Source of the DNA: Bdellovibrio sp.
GTDB taxonomy: Bacteria; Bdellovibrionota; Bdellovibrionia; Bdellovibrionales; Bdellovibrionaceae
DNA: 64,000 nucleotides
NCBI GenBank assembly: GCA_036676395.1
Contig: JAKFCY010000002.1
Coordinates: 1,856,001-1,920,000 of the forward strand
Reading direction: 5' to 3'
Under the pieces are notes generated by a model that saw only the letters and a list, made by a program, of their open reading frames with translations, searched no databases and had not been told where the DNA came from. Shown one piece after another: positions 21,184-29,845 of the stretch (within the stretch, counting starts at the first letter, position 1; every line of letters begins with the position of its first letter). The position numbers and the translations under genes were made by a program.

Positions 21184-22076
21184 AAATCTTCCCAACCGAA
21201 AGGTCGTACTGTTTGCTTATCCATTTGAGCTAAACGCCACTCATCCACAGCAGCAATAGCTTGTTGTTGTCTGACAGCTAACAAATCCTTTTGTTGGGAG
21301 AAAAACTCCATCACATCTTCTAATGTGATCCAAGATTTAATCTGCGCATCACGTGCCGTAAACATTTTAGCGTCACGGCGTAGATCGATCACAGTTTTCC
21401 ATTTGCGCGGCGACGCCGCGATTAATTGAGCTAATTGATCATGAGAAATTGGCGCTGCAATCACTAAAACATCAGATTGCGGTAATGGCTTCTCTAAAAG
21501 GTGCAAAGATAAATTTCCGCCACCTTCAACAAAGTGCGAGAAATGTTTCATCACCTGAGTTTGCGCTTTTTCAAGATTACGAGCAAACACCTGCACGTTC
21601 TTACTGACTAACCACGGAAGCACATCTTCAACTAAGGCACCCGATCCGATAATTTGCACATGATTTTCATTTTGTAAGACACGGCGTAAATATCCACCGT
21701 AAGATTGTGAACCAAAATTATATAGGTATTTTTCGCGCACACCTTTAATTAATGAAAACCAAATTTGCATGCGTGATTGCCATTGCTGAACCCACGCATG
21801 TTTCGAATTGTTATTAATAAATTGGCGAAATTGCCCCAAGATTTCTGTTTCACCAATCACTGGTGAATGCAGACCGCATAAAACTTCTAATAAAAAAGTT
21901 TCAGCATCAAGGCCCTGTTTAAAACCACGACCGTCGGCTAAAAAAGCTGTCTCATCTAAATAAAAATAAATTTTACGGCGGCAGGTTTCCCATAATAATA
22001 CAGAACTATTATCAATGATAAGAGGAGCTAATAATTGGTTTTCTAGTTCGATAGGCTGATGCCAGAGCTTTAACAT
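21174..22076 (-). CDS. hemA: Glutamyl-tRNA reductase, short divergent form
   Basis: ETCRR (catalytic Cys; canonical TCNR), GLHSPVIGETEILGQ, GSGAL nucleotide motif; first gene of the hem operon. Probable start 22076. Confidence 0.85.
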   Translation of the reverse strand: MLKLWHQPIELENQLLAPLIIDNSSVLLWETCRRKIYFYLDETAFLADGRGFKQGLDAETFLLEVLCGLHSPVIGETEILGQFRQFINNNSKHAWVQQWQSRMQIWFSLIKGVREKYLYNFGSQSYGGYLRRVLQNENHVQIIGSGALVEDVLPWLVSKNVQVFARNLEKAQTQVMKHFSHFVEGGGNLSLHLLEKPLPQSDVLVIAAPISHDQLAQLIAASPRKWKTVIDLRRDAKMFTARDAQIKSWITLEDVMEFFSQQKDLLAVRQQQAIAAVDEWRLAQMDKQTVRPFGWEDLCG

Positions 22077-22082
22077 GGTTTT

Positions 22083-22091
22083 AAGATAGCA
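22083..22091 (-). promoter_or_regulatory. Extended -10 promoter element for the hemA operon (TG-C-TATCTT), 6 nt before ATG
   Basis: Minus strand reads TGCTATCTT-AAAACC-ATG; no SD. Confidence 0.55.
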
Positions 22092-22096
22092 AAGTT

Positions 22097-22125
22097 TTCT
22101 CATTTGATTGTCATATGTTTGTCAT
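22097..22125 (+). promoter_or_regulatory. Three 11-bp-phased direct repeats (TTCTCAT/TTGTCAT/TTGTCAT), PhoB/OmpR-type operator candidate
   Basis: TTCTCAT-ttga-TTGTCAT-atgt-TTGTCAT between divergent hemA and hemB. Confidence 0.65.
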
Positions 22126-22175
22126 GAAAAATAAAAAAAGTTGCTATTTGCTATGACGCTGATAATTTAACCATC

Positions 22176-23156
22176 ATGCATAGACCAAGACGTTTAAGAG
22201 CCAATGAGAATATCCGTGAAATGATCAGCGAGACACACCTTAGCGTGGCAAACCTTATTTACCCTGTCTTTATTTGCGACGGCGAGAAAATCGAAGAGGC
22301 AATTCGCACGTTGCCTGGGCAATCACGCATGAGTCCTGATGTTTTGGCTGAAAAAATCACCATTTGGAAGAAATTAGGCCTTAAAAATTACGCTCTTTTC
22401 CCGAAAATCGATGAAGCTAAAAAAGACTCTGTAGCGAGCGAAGCTTTAAACGATAATGGTCTACTGCCTAAAGCCATTAAATTACTGAAACAAAAACATC
22501 CAGATATTTGTTTATTTACTGACATCGCACTTGATCCGTACTCTTCAGATGGTCATGATGGCATCGTAAAAAATGGCGAAATTTTAAATGACGAGACTGT
22601 GAAAATTTTAGCCGAAATGGCAGTCAAACAAGCAAGCTGGGGTGCTGACTGGGTTTGCCCGTCGGACATGATGGATGGCCGCGTGGATGCCATTCGTGAA
22701 GCCTTAGATGATGCTGGTTTTGTTAAAACAAGTATTCTTTCTTACACCGCAAAATACGCTTCAAGTTTTTATGGACCCTTTCGCGAAGCCTTAGATTCAG
22801 CACCAAAAGCTGGCGATAAAAAAACTTACCAAATGGATATTCGCAATCGCAAAGAGGCCCTTCGTGAAATGGATTTAGACATTTTAGAGGGCGCAGATAT
22901 GGTGATGGTCAAACCTGGGCTTCCCTATTTAGATATCGTCTCTGATTTAAAAACTCATTCGTCAGTTCCAGTAGCCGTTTACAATGTCAGTGGCGAATAT
23001 GCGATGTTGCACTTTGCCGCCCTTGCAGGTGCTCTTGATTTAGAAAAAACGATGATGGAGTGCATGTATGCATTTCGCAGAGCTGGCGCTGATGTGATTT
23101 TAACTTACTTCGCACCAGAAGTTGCGCGCGTACTGGCTATTCAGTCACGCGTTTAA
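22176..23156 (+). CDS. hemB: Porphobilinogen synthase (ALA dehydratase)
   Basis: RPRRLR, DIALDPYSSDGHDG, SDMMDGRV, YGPFREA, VKPG, YNVSGEY. Confidence 0.97.
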   Translation: MHRPRRLRANENIREMISETHLSVANLIYPVFICDGEKIEEAIRTLPGQSRMSPDVLAEKITIWKKLGLKNYALFPKIDEAKKDSVASEALNDNGLLPKAIKLLKQKHPDICLFTDIALDPYSSDGHDGIVKNGEILNDETVKILAEMAVKQASWGADWVCPSDMMDGRVDAIREALDDAGFVKTSILSYTAKYASSFYGPFREALDSAPKAGDKKTYQMDIRNRKEALREMDLDILEGADMVMVKPGLPYLDIVSDLKTHSSVPVAVYNVSGEYAMLHFAALAGALDLEKTMMECMYAFRRAGADVILTYFAPEVARVLAIQSRV

Positions 23157-25368
23157 CGCCGATAATGCCTTTGATTTTTTGCAGGGCTAAAATCGAATTA
23201 GAAAGCTGACTTAAATCTTTCACCGAGATTTCAAATATACATACCGCTTTTTTATCGCGAGTCGTTCTGATCTGCGCTGATTCAATATTAATTCCCTGAG
23301 CTGAGAAAGCCTCTGACATTAATTTTAATAAACCCGGAACGTCTTGGCCGATCACTTCAAGTTTTACTTGGCGCTCTTGTCCTGCAGCTGCAGTTTTCGT
23401 TGTCCACGCTACGTCTACCCGGCGCATTTGATCTAATTCAAATACCTTATGGCAATCGCTACGATGGATCATGATGCCCTTACCGCGCGAAATAAATCCC
23501 GAGATTGGATCGCCCGGAATCGGCGAGCAGCATTTAGCAAAATGCACTAACACATCATCCATGCCGTCGACGGAAACCAAAGAATTTGTTTTCCGTTTTT
23601 TACTTTTCGCAGACTTTACAACTTTTTCCATGAAAGTTGCTGATTCACTCTTAGCATCTTTTGACTCTTCAGCTTCGGGCACTAATGCAGAAATTAAATG
23701 TTTGGGCTCGGTTTTTCCGTAGCCGACTTTAACGTAGAGATCTTCAACATCAACGACTCCGCTTTCACGGATGTATTTATCAAAATAGTCGCCCTTTAAA
23801 TACTTTGAGGCAGCCATGCCGAATTTACGAAATTCTTTTTCCACAAGCTCTTTACCCATGGTTAAAGCATTGCGGCGCTGTTCTTCTTTAACAAATTGGC
23901 GCACTTTTGATTTGGCCTTGTTCGTTACAACAAACTTTAACCAATCTTTCGACGGCGTTTGCGTTTTTAGAGTGATAATTTCAACACGATCCCCGTTTTG
24001 CAGGGCGTGTTTTAACGGAACCATACGCCCATTTACGCGCGCTCCGGTGCAAGTATTTCCAAGATTTGTGTGAATCGCATAAGCCAAATCCACCGGCGTC
24101 GAATTTTCTGGTAATTCTTTAACATCACCGCGTGGAGTAAAAACATAAATGTCTTTTTCCATCAAATCGGTTTTTACAGTTTCTAAAAATTCATCTGAAG
24201 ATTCTGATTGCTGATGTAGCGAAACTAACTCACGTAACCAATTGGCTTGCTGTAATTTATCTCCGGATAGACTTCCGCGCTCTTTGTAGTTCCAATGGGC
24301 CGCGATCCCTTTTTCGGCGATCAAATGCATTTCTGCAGTACGAATTTGAATTTCGATACGATCGCCGCCTGGGCCGATCACTGTGGTATGCAGTGACTGG
24401 TAATTATTTGATTTTGGCATTGCGATGAAATCTTTAAAACGGCCCGGAATCGGTTTCCAGATAGAATGGATATAACCTAAAACTTCGTAACATTCGACCA
24501 CGCTGCTGACGATAATTCGAAACGCCAGCACATCGTAAATCTGATCGTAATCTAAATTACGTGAAGTCATTTTTCTATAGACTGACCATAAATGCTTTGA
24601 TCGGCCATAGATTTTATACTGTTGAATATTCGATTTAGCTAAAACTTCACTGACATTTCTTTTAACTTCTTCGATATAACGATCAGTGTCGACTTCAGTT
24701 TTTTCGATAAGCTGCACTAACTCGTAATATTTATCCGGAAACGAATAACGAAAACATAAATCTTCTAATTCAATTTTTAAAGCGCTGATACCAATACGCC
24801 CCGCTAAAGGACAATAAATCTCTAAAGTCTCTTTAGCGATACGATTTTGCTTTTCGTATGGCATATGATTCAGCGTGCGCATATTATGTAAACGATCGGC
24901 TAGCTTTACTAAAACTACGCGCACATCTTTACCCATTGATACGATCATCTTACGAATATTTTCGCCTTGTTTTTCAAAGCTATTACGAAAATTCATTTGC
25001 CCGATTTTAGTTACACCATCAACTAAGTAAGCGACTGTTTCGCCAAATTCACGACGGATATCCTCTAAAGAAACATTCGTGTCTTCAACGGTATCATGCA
25101 GTAATCCTGTCATGATCGTGTCCACATCGAGTTTTAAATCGGCTAAAATTCCAGCGACGTTCAGTGGATGCGAAATATAAGGTTCACCCGAACGACGAAC
25201 TTGGCCTTCGTGAGCTTTTTCAGAAAACAAATAAGCTTTCTCAACAAGTTGCAGTGGTGCTGCAGGATGGTACGCTTTGATTTTTGCTAATAGCTCTTCG
25301 ACGGTTCTTACCGGCTTAGTGGGTAGGCGATCATCAAGATGGGACATCAAAGACATGGGATCTGACAT
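23137..25368 (-). CDS. spoT: Bifunctional (p)ppGpp synthetase/hydrolase (RelA/SpoT family)
   Basis: Intact HD motif LHDTVED, RFKD, YQSLHT, TGS and ACT domains; downstream of rpoZ. Confidence 0.95.
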   Translation of the reverse strand: MSDPMSLMSHLDDRLPTKPVRTVEELLAKIKAYHPAAPLQLVEKAYLFSEKAHEGQVRRSGEPYISHPLNVAGILADLKLDVDTIMTGLLHDTVEDTNVSLEDIRREFGETVAYLVDGVTKIGQMNFRNSFEKQGENIRKMIVSMGKDVRVVLVKLADRLHNMRTLNHMPYEKQNRIAKETLEIYCPLAGRIGISALKIELEDLCFRYSFPDKYYELVQLIEKTEVDTDRYIEEVKRNVSEVLAKSNIQQYKIYGRSKHLWSVYRKMTSRNLDYDQIYDVLAFRIIVSSVVECYEVLGYIHSIWKPIPGRFKDFIAMPKSNNYQSLHTTVIGPGGDRIEIQIRTAEMHLIAEKGIAAHWNYKERGSLSGDKLQQANWLRELVSLHQQSESSDEFLETVKTDLMEKDIYVFTPRGDVKELPENSTPVDLAYAIHTNLGNTCTGARVNGRMVPLKHALQNGDRVEIITLKTQTPSKDWLKFVVTNKAKSKVRQFVKEEQRRNALTMGKELVEKEFRKFGMAASKYLKGDYFDKYIRESGVVDVEDLYVKVGYGKTEPKHLISALVPEAEESKDAKSESATFMEKVVKSAKSKKRKTNSLVSVDGMDDVLVHFAKCCSPIPGDPISGFISRGKGIMIHRSDCHKVFELDQMRRVDVAWTTKTAAAGQERQVKLEVIGQDVPGLLKLMSEAFSAQGINIESAQIRTTRDKKAVCIFEISVKDLSQLSNSILALQKIKGIIGVKRVTE

Positions 25369-25384
25369 TCGTTTATTTTAAAGC

Positions 25385-25412
25385 AAAAATCCCGCCTTGT
25401 GAGCGGGATTTT
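25385..25412 (-). terminator. Intrinsic terminator after rpoZ, overlapping a probable spoT promoter
   Basis: AAAATCCCGC-loop-GCGGGATTTT hairpin with U-rich tail. Confidence 0.75.
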
Positions 25413-25473
25413 AACGAATTTTAACAATTCAGACTTTAGACTGTTTATTTAGCGCAAGGTCTGCGACAACAGA

Positions 25474-25713
25474 TTACTTATTTAAGTCTCGTAACATGTC
25501 TTCGCGAGCTGTGTCTGCATCGATTTTTGTATCGAAAATCACGTTACCGATAGCCACTTCACGTAGTGAGTTAACGATATATTTGTTATTACGGGTTGCT
25601 ACTGTGCACTCGCCGCCTTTTAACAATTGTTTCGCGCGTTTAGCCACTAATAGGACTAAAGCAAAACGATTTGGAACTTTATCTAGGCAATCTTCTACGG
25701 TTACACGAGCCAT
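25474..25713 (-). CDS. rpoZ: RNA polymerase omega subunit
   Basis: [10 protein letters not shown]...NRFALV...AKRAKQL; SD GGAGG. Confidence 0.97.
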   Translation of the reverse strand: MARVTVEDCLDKVPNRFALVLLVAKRAKQLLKGGECTVATRNNKYIVNSLREVAIGNVIFDTKIDADTAREDMLRDLNK

Positions 25714-25747
25714 GGGACCTCCGGTTTACAAGCTATAAGTTTTAACC

Positions 25748-26323
25748 TTAAGCGAGCCAGGTATCAACGATTTTCTTAAATTCTGCAAAAGAGCGTTCAA
25801 AATCGTCATTAACGATTCTGACGTCAAATTCGTGGGCCTTAGCCATCTCTTTTTCAGCATTTTGCATGCGAACTTCTAGGTCAGGCGGAGGGTTTCCATC
25901 GCGCTTGATGACGCGACGGCGTAATTCATCTAAAGATGGAGGCAAAATAAACACGGTTTTAGCATCTGGGTACTTGCTCTTAAAGGTCGCAACCCCTTGG
26001 ATATCGATATCCATAATCACTACTTTACCCTGAGCCCAGGCTTTTTGTAGCTGTTCGTACGATGTGCCGTAGTGATTCGTGTGAACCTTCGCCCACTCGA
26101 TAAAGAAATTTTCATTCTTTTTCTGTTCGAAGTCTTCAGGTGTAATAAAAAAATAAGGTTTACCTTGGGATTCACCAGTACGCATAGTGCGAGTGGTGTA
26201 CGTAACCAAGTCGTGCAACCGATGATCTTCGGCAGCTAATTTTTCCACGAAACTACTTTTGCCTGCACCACTCGGGGCAGCCACAATAATCATTCGTGTT
26301 GCATTAGCTTTTTCTTTACTCAA
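25748..26323 (-). CDS. gmk: Guanylate kinase
   Basis: APSGAGKS, TTR, YGT, DIDIQG, FILPPS. Confidence 0.97.
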   Translation of the reverse strand: MSKEKANATRMIIVAAPSGAGKSSFVEKLAAEDHRLHDLVTYTTRTMRTGESQGKPYFFITPEDFEQKKNENFFIEWAKVHTNHYGTSYEQLQKAWAQGKVVIMDIDIQGVATFKSKYPDAKTVFILPPSLDELRRRVIKRDGNPPPDLEVRMQNAEKEMAKAHEFDVRIVNDDFERSFAEFKKIVDTWLA

Positions 26324-27206
26324 TGTTTTGCACCTGTTCTCTGATACGTTCGATAAGTGTTTTAGCTTCTACAACAGATTCAGTGATTCCGGCAACCTGA
26401 CTTTTCGATCCAATCGTATTAACTTCACGCAATAATTCTTGTGTATAAAAATCAAGCTTTTTACCTTCGACCACAGAGTTTTCAATTAACTTTTCGAAAT
26501 TTTTTAAATGTTCTGTTAAACGAATAAGCTCTTCGTTGATATCAGCTTTCTCGAGCTGAATGACAATTTCCTGAGAAATGCGTAAAGGATCAACCGACTG
26601 CCCGGCCAATTCTTTTGGCAGACGAGATTTGATTTTCGCTTCGAATTTCTCCTGCAAAAATTTATTAGCGTCATCGCGTAATTTAGAAATTTTTAAAACA
26701 TGTTTTTGCAGATCTTTTAAATTTTTTGAAAGATCTTTTTTAAGCGCTAAGCCTTCACGAATTTTTTCTTGTTCAAATTTCTTTAAAGCCACTTCAAAGG
26801 CTTTTTTAAGCAACGCCATTTCTTGCGGATTAAGACTATCTGTTTCTTCCATCACGATCACATCGTTTTGGCGCGAAATTAAATCAAAACGAATGGCATC
26901 GTTTAATTTTAAATCTTTAGCTAATTTTTTAAATGATTTTAAATATTCTTGTGCAAGCTTTGTATTAATAACAACTTTGCCTGTGGCATGATTTGCTTTT
27001 AGCTTACGCGAAATATAAATATCAACAGTGCCACGCAAAGCGTAGACAGCTAATCTTTTCTTTAAATCAGATTCAAAAATAAAATAAGGCTTCGGTAAAT
27101 GGAAGCGTGTCTCTAGAAATCGGCCGTTAACGGCACGAATACTGATTTCAAGCGACACTTCATTGGTTTGAGCTCGGCAAAGTCCGTAGCCAGTCATGCT
27201 TTTCAT
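26316..27206 (-). CDS. yicC: YicC/YloC-family endoribonuclease
   Basis: MKSMTGYG, GKKLDFYTQELLREVNTIGSK, EQVQNIE. Confidence 0.95.
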   Translation of the reverse strand: MKSMTGYGLCRAQTNEVSLEISIRAVNGRFLETRFHLPKPYFIFESDLKKRLAVYALRGTVDIYISRKLKANHATGKVVINTKLAQEYLKSFKKLAKDLKLNDAIRFDLISRQNDVIVMEETDSLNPQEMALLKKAFEVALKKFEQEKIREGLALKKDLSKNLKDLQKHVLKISKLRDDANKFLQEKFEAKIKSRLPKELAGQSVDPLRISQEIVIQLEKADINEELIRLTEHLKNFEKLIENSVVEGKKLDFYTQELLREVNTIGSKSQVAGITESVVEAKTLIERIREQVQNIE

Positions 27207-27212
27207 TCTATT

Positions 27213-27242
27213 ATTATCATTCCTTGCATACTAATGCGTCAA
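27213..27242 (-). promoter_or_regulatory. Sigma70-like promoter for yicC-gmk-rpoZ (TTGACG-N18-GATAAT), 6 nt before ATG
   Basis: Consensus match directly before the start codon. Confidence 0.55.
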
Positions 27243-27300
27243 AAGTTCAATCTCGATCTTCTACTTTGATCTCGTCAGACAAGACCAAGGTCGTGTTTTT

Positions 27301-28800
27301 TTATTCGCTGGTAGTTAGATCACGATGATCAATGCGACCGACGAATTTCACAGACATAGTTTTGCCGATTTTAGCTGTGGCAGGTATGTAACCTACGACA
27401 TCTTCGCCGGCCTTCAAGTCATAGTTGATATTTAAAATTGCGACCTTCAAAAGATCACCTTCTTTACCCAGAACAACGACCGGAGTTCCAGGTCTGATAA
27501 AACCAGGATCATTTAACTCGCCTTCGATAGGGTCATTATATAACTTAGCTTGTGTTTGCGCTAAATCTTTAAAAAACGGAACCTTTTCTTGCATTATAAC
27601 ATTCAAATTCATAGCGTAATCAACATTGTTAAAAAAAGTATCTAGATGACGTAAGGCATTGATCCTACCCTCAGCATCGATATAGGCTTCATTTGTAAGT
27701 TGATATAATTCTTCTTTTTTAATTTTAAAAAAATTAATCGCTTCTAATAACTCAGCCTGATTGAATTTTTGACGAAGGGGTAAAAACTTTGTAACAAACA
27801 TAGATTGTGCATGATTGTTTAATTTAAAATACGAATTATTGTATAATCCATCTTTCACCATTTCGTGACTTGCCACAAATGTCGAGACATCAAAATCATA
27901 AACAGCTGGAGTGATTTTTCCATCGGCAGCTTTAAGTAAAGTCGTATTCCATAAAGGACTATACGTTCCACCAAACAAGACATTGGCCACTTTTTCATGT
28001 ACACGTAATTGAGCATCATCATTGCCAATAAGTTTATGAAACAAAAAAAACTTTGCACCTTCAACCGGATCGATATTGGTTTTTTCAGCTTGAATAAACT
28101 CATTAGCATCAACCACTATCATCGAAAGACGCTCAGCCATTTTTTTATCGGTTTCAATCAACAAAGCATGGCGGGTAAAATCGGCTGTAGAACCTGTATC
28201 GACATAATGAATATCAGCTAAACGCGTCGCTGGAGCCGCAAGACCTAAAGCGCGCGCCAATGAAAAAGCTAAACCTTCCCGCAACGGTGAATTTTCGTTA
28301 TTTAAGCGACCCATTTCTGTATAAACAGCCTTCGGATCTGTAGTGACATGCGTGTTAATACGAAAATTGCGGGCACTTTGAAAAGTAGAGCCCTTAATAT
28401 CTTCGCTATCATTAATTTCTAAACGCAATTTCGGAAACGAGGCTTCACCTTTCATTAAACTTGTATTACCACGCGCACGAATGGATGCTGTGATAATTCT
28501 GGCAGGATTAGATTGATCTACTACCTGGGCAGGCAAATAGAATTTTGGATTACTTTTGCTTGCGCTATTTTGAAAACTAGCACGTTGTGAAATTTTATAA
28601 ATTTGTTTAAAATCAGATGTGATCTCTAGACGAATTGGCTGCGTATCCTGAAACAATGGGCTAGGTGACGGAATACTAAATGAAGTTATAAAAAGCTGCG
28701 CACACATTCCGGCTGCAAAAAGGCTCTGCCTGACACACAAGGTAACCATAAAAATTAAGGCTGAATATTTTAAGGTATTATCTGTTGGTTTATTGCTCAT
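27301..28800 (-). CDS. Secreted hypothetical protein, CotH/kinase-like fold with an SH3-like C-terminus
   Basis: Signal-like N-terminus; IRARGNTS, FPKLRL, IGNDD, YDFD motifs; C-terminal PGTPVVVLG...VGYIP. Confidence 0.55.
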   Translation of the reverse strand: MSNKPTDNTLKYSALIFMVTLCVRQSLFAAGMCAQLFITSFSIPSPSPLFQDTQPIRLEITSDFKQIYKISQRASFQNSASKSNPKFYLPAQVVDQSNPARIITASIRARGNTSLMKGEASFPKLRLEINDSEDIKGSTFQSARNFRINTHVTTDPKAVYTEMGRLNNENSPLREGLAFSLARALGLAAPATRLADIHYVDTGSTADFTRHALLIETDKKMAERLSMIVVDANEFIQAEKTNIDPVEGAKFFLFHKLIGNDDAQLRVHEKVANVLFGGTYSPLWNTTLLKAADGKITPAVYDFDVSTFVASHEMVKDGLYNNSYFKLNNHAQSMFVTKFLPLRQKFNQAELLEAINFFKIKKEELYQLTNEAYIDAEGRINALRHLDTFFNNVDYAMNLNVIMQEKVPFFKDLAQTQAKLYNDPIEGELNDPGFIRPGTPVVVLGKEGDLLKVAILNINYDLKAGEDVVGYIPATAKIGKTMSVKFVGRIDHRDLTTSE

Positions 28801-28811
28801 GAAATACTTAA

Positions 28812-28827
28812 TGCGACTGTTATGCCA
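28812..28827 (-). promoter_or_regulatory. Sigma54-like promoter (TGGCAT-AACAG-TCGCA)
   Basis: GG-N10-GC spacing; 12 nt between the GC and the ATG at 28800. Confidence 0.5.
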
Positions 28828-28903
28828 TCAGAATTACTGATAAATTTGACATAGGTAAATATCTGCTAAAAATTGTTAGACAGCCTGCGGTTATTAGACA
28901 GTT

Positions 28904-29845
28904 TTATGTCTCATCATGAGAAATAAAACTGTGAACTTCCCTCTCTAGAGCTGTATAATTAGAACTAAAAACATCCGACCAAATTATGGCGTCATCGCGT
29001 TTAAACCAAGTCTTCTGTTTTTTGACAAGCTTCATCGTGGCCTGAGTGATAGCTGCAGGCAGTTCTTCACGGCTTATTTGCCCCTGCAAATAAGCTTTCG
29101 TTTCTAAATAACCAACACTAGCCAGTGGCGCCCAAGATTCAAAACCTTGGGTTAAAAAGCTTTTGGTTTCTTCAACGATACCTGCATCCAGCATTTTTAC
29201 AGTTCTTTGATGAACGCGGTTCATAAATTTTTCTTTGTCTTCAGTCGCAAATGTAAGGCCGATTTTCATCGCAGGGTACGGTAATTTATTTTTATTATCT
29301 GCGCCTGCATTTTTAAATTCAGACATTTTTAAATTAAAAGCGCGCTTTACCTCTAGGGCACGACCTACGCGGTAGTGGTCATTTGGATGCAATTCAGTGT
29401 CTGAATCAAAATTTTTAAGTTCTGCAAACATTTTTTCTGATCCGAAAGTTTCAAAATCAGCTAATACTTCTTTTTTTATTTCTTCGCTGACTTCAGGCAG
29501 GTCATACATGCCTTTTTCTAAAGCCTGAATATAAAACCCCGTGCCACCGACAACAAAGATTGGTGAATTCACTTTGCCTGATTCGATCAATTCATAAAAA
29601 TCACGAATGTATTGCCCTGCTGTCATTTCAGCGGGAGCTTTTACGTAAGAAAATAAATAATGGGGAACTTGTTTTTTTTCGTCTTCAGTGGGAGCTGCTG
29701 AACCGATATTTAAGCCTGCGTAAAACTGCACACTATCGATATTTATAATGCTGCCGTTAAATTTTTTAGCCAGCTGTAAGGCTAACTGACTTTTTCCAGA
29801 GGCTGTTGGTCCAACTACAAAAATAACTTTGGTTTGCTCACTCAC
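28904..29845 (-). CDS. miaA: tRNA dimethylallyltransferase
   Basis: GPTASGKS, DSVQFY, VGGTGFY, KKQKTWF; follows mutL. Confidence 0.97.
   Translation of the reverse strand: MSEQTKVIFVVGPTASGKSQLALQLAKKFNGSIINIDSVQFYAGLNIGSAAPTEDEKKQVPHYLFSYVKAPAEMTAGQYIRDFYELIESGKVNSPIFVVGGTGFYIQALEKGMYDLPEVSEEIKKEVLADFETFGSEKMFAELKNFDSDTELHPNDHYRVGRALEVKRAFNLKMSEFKNAGADNKNKLPYPAMKIGLTFATEDKEKFMNRVHQRTVKMLDAGIVEETKSFLTQGFESWAPLASVGYLETKAYLQGQISREELPAAITQATMKLVKKQKTWFKRDDAIIWSDVFSSNYTALEREVHSFISHDET

Noticed and set aside
23137..23156. Convergent 3' overlap of hemB and spoT (also hemH and the barrel gene at 12301-12311)
   Set aside because: Short tail-to-tail overlaps are common in compact genomes; no evidence of antisense control.
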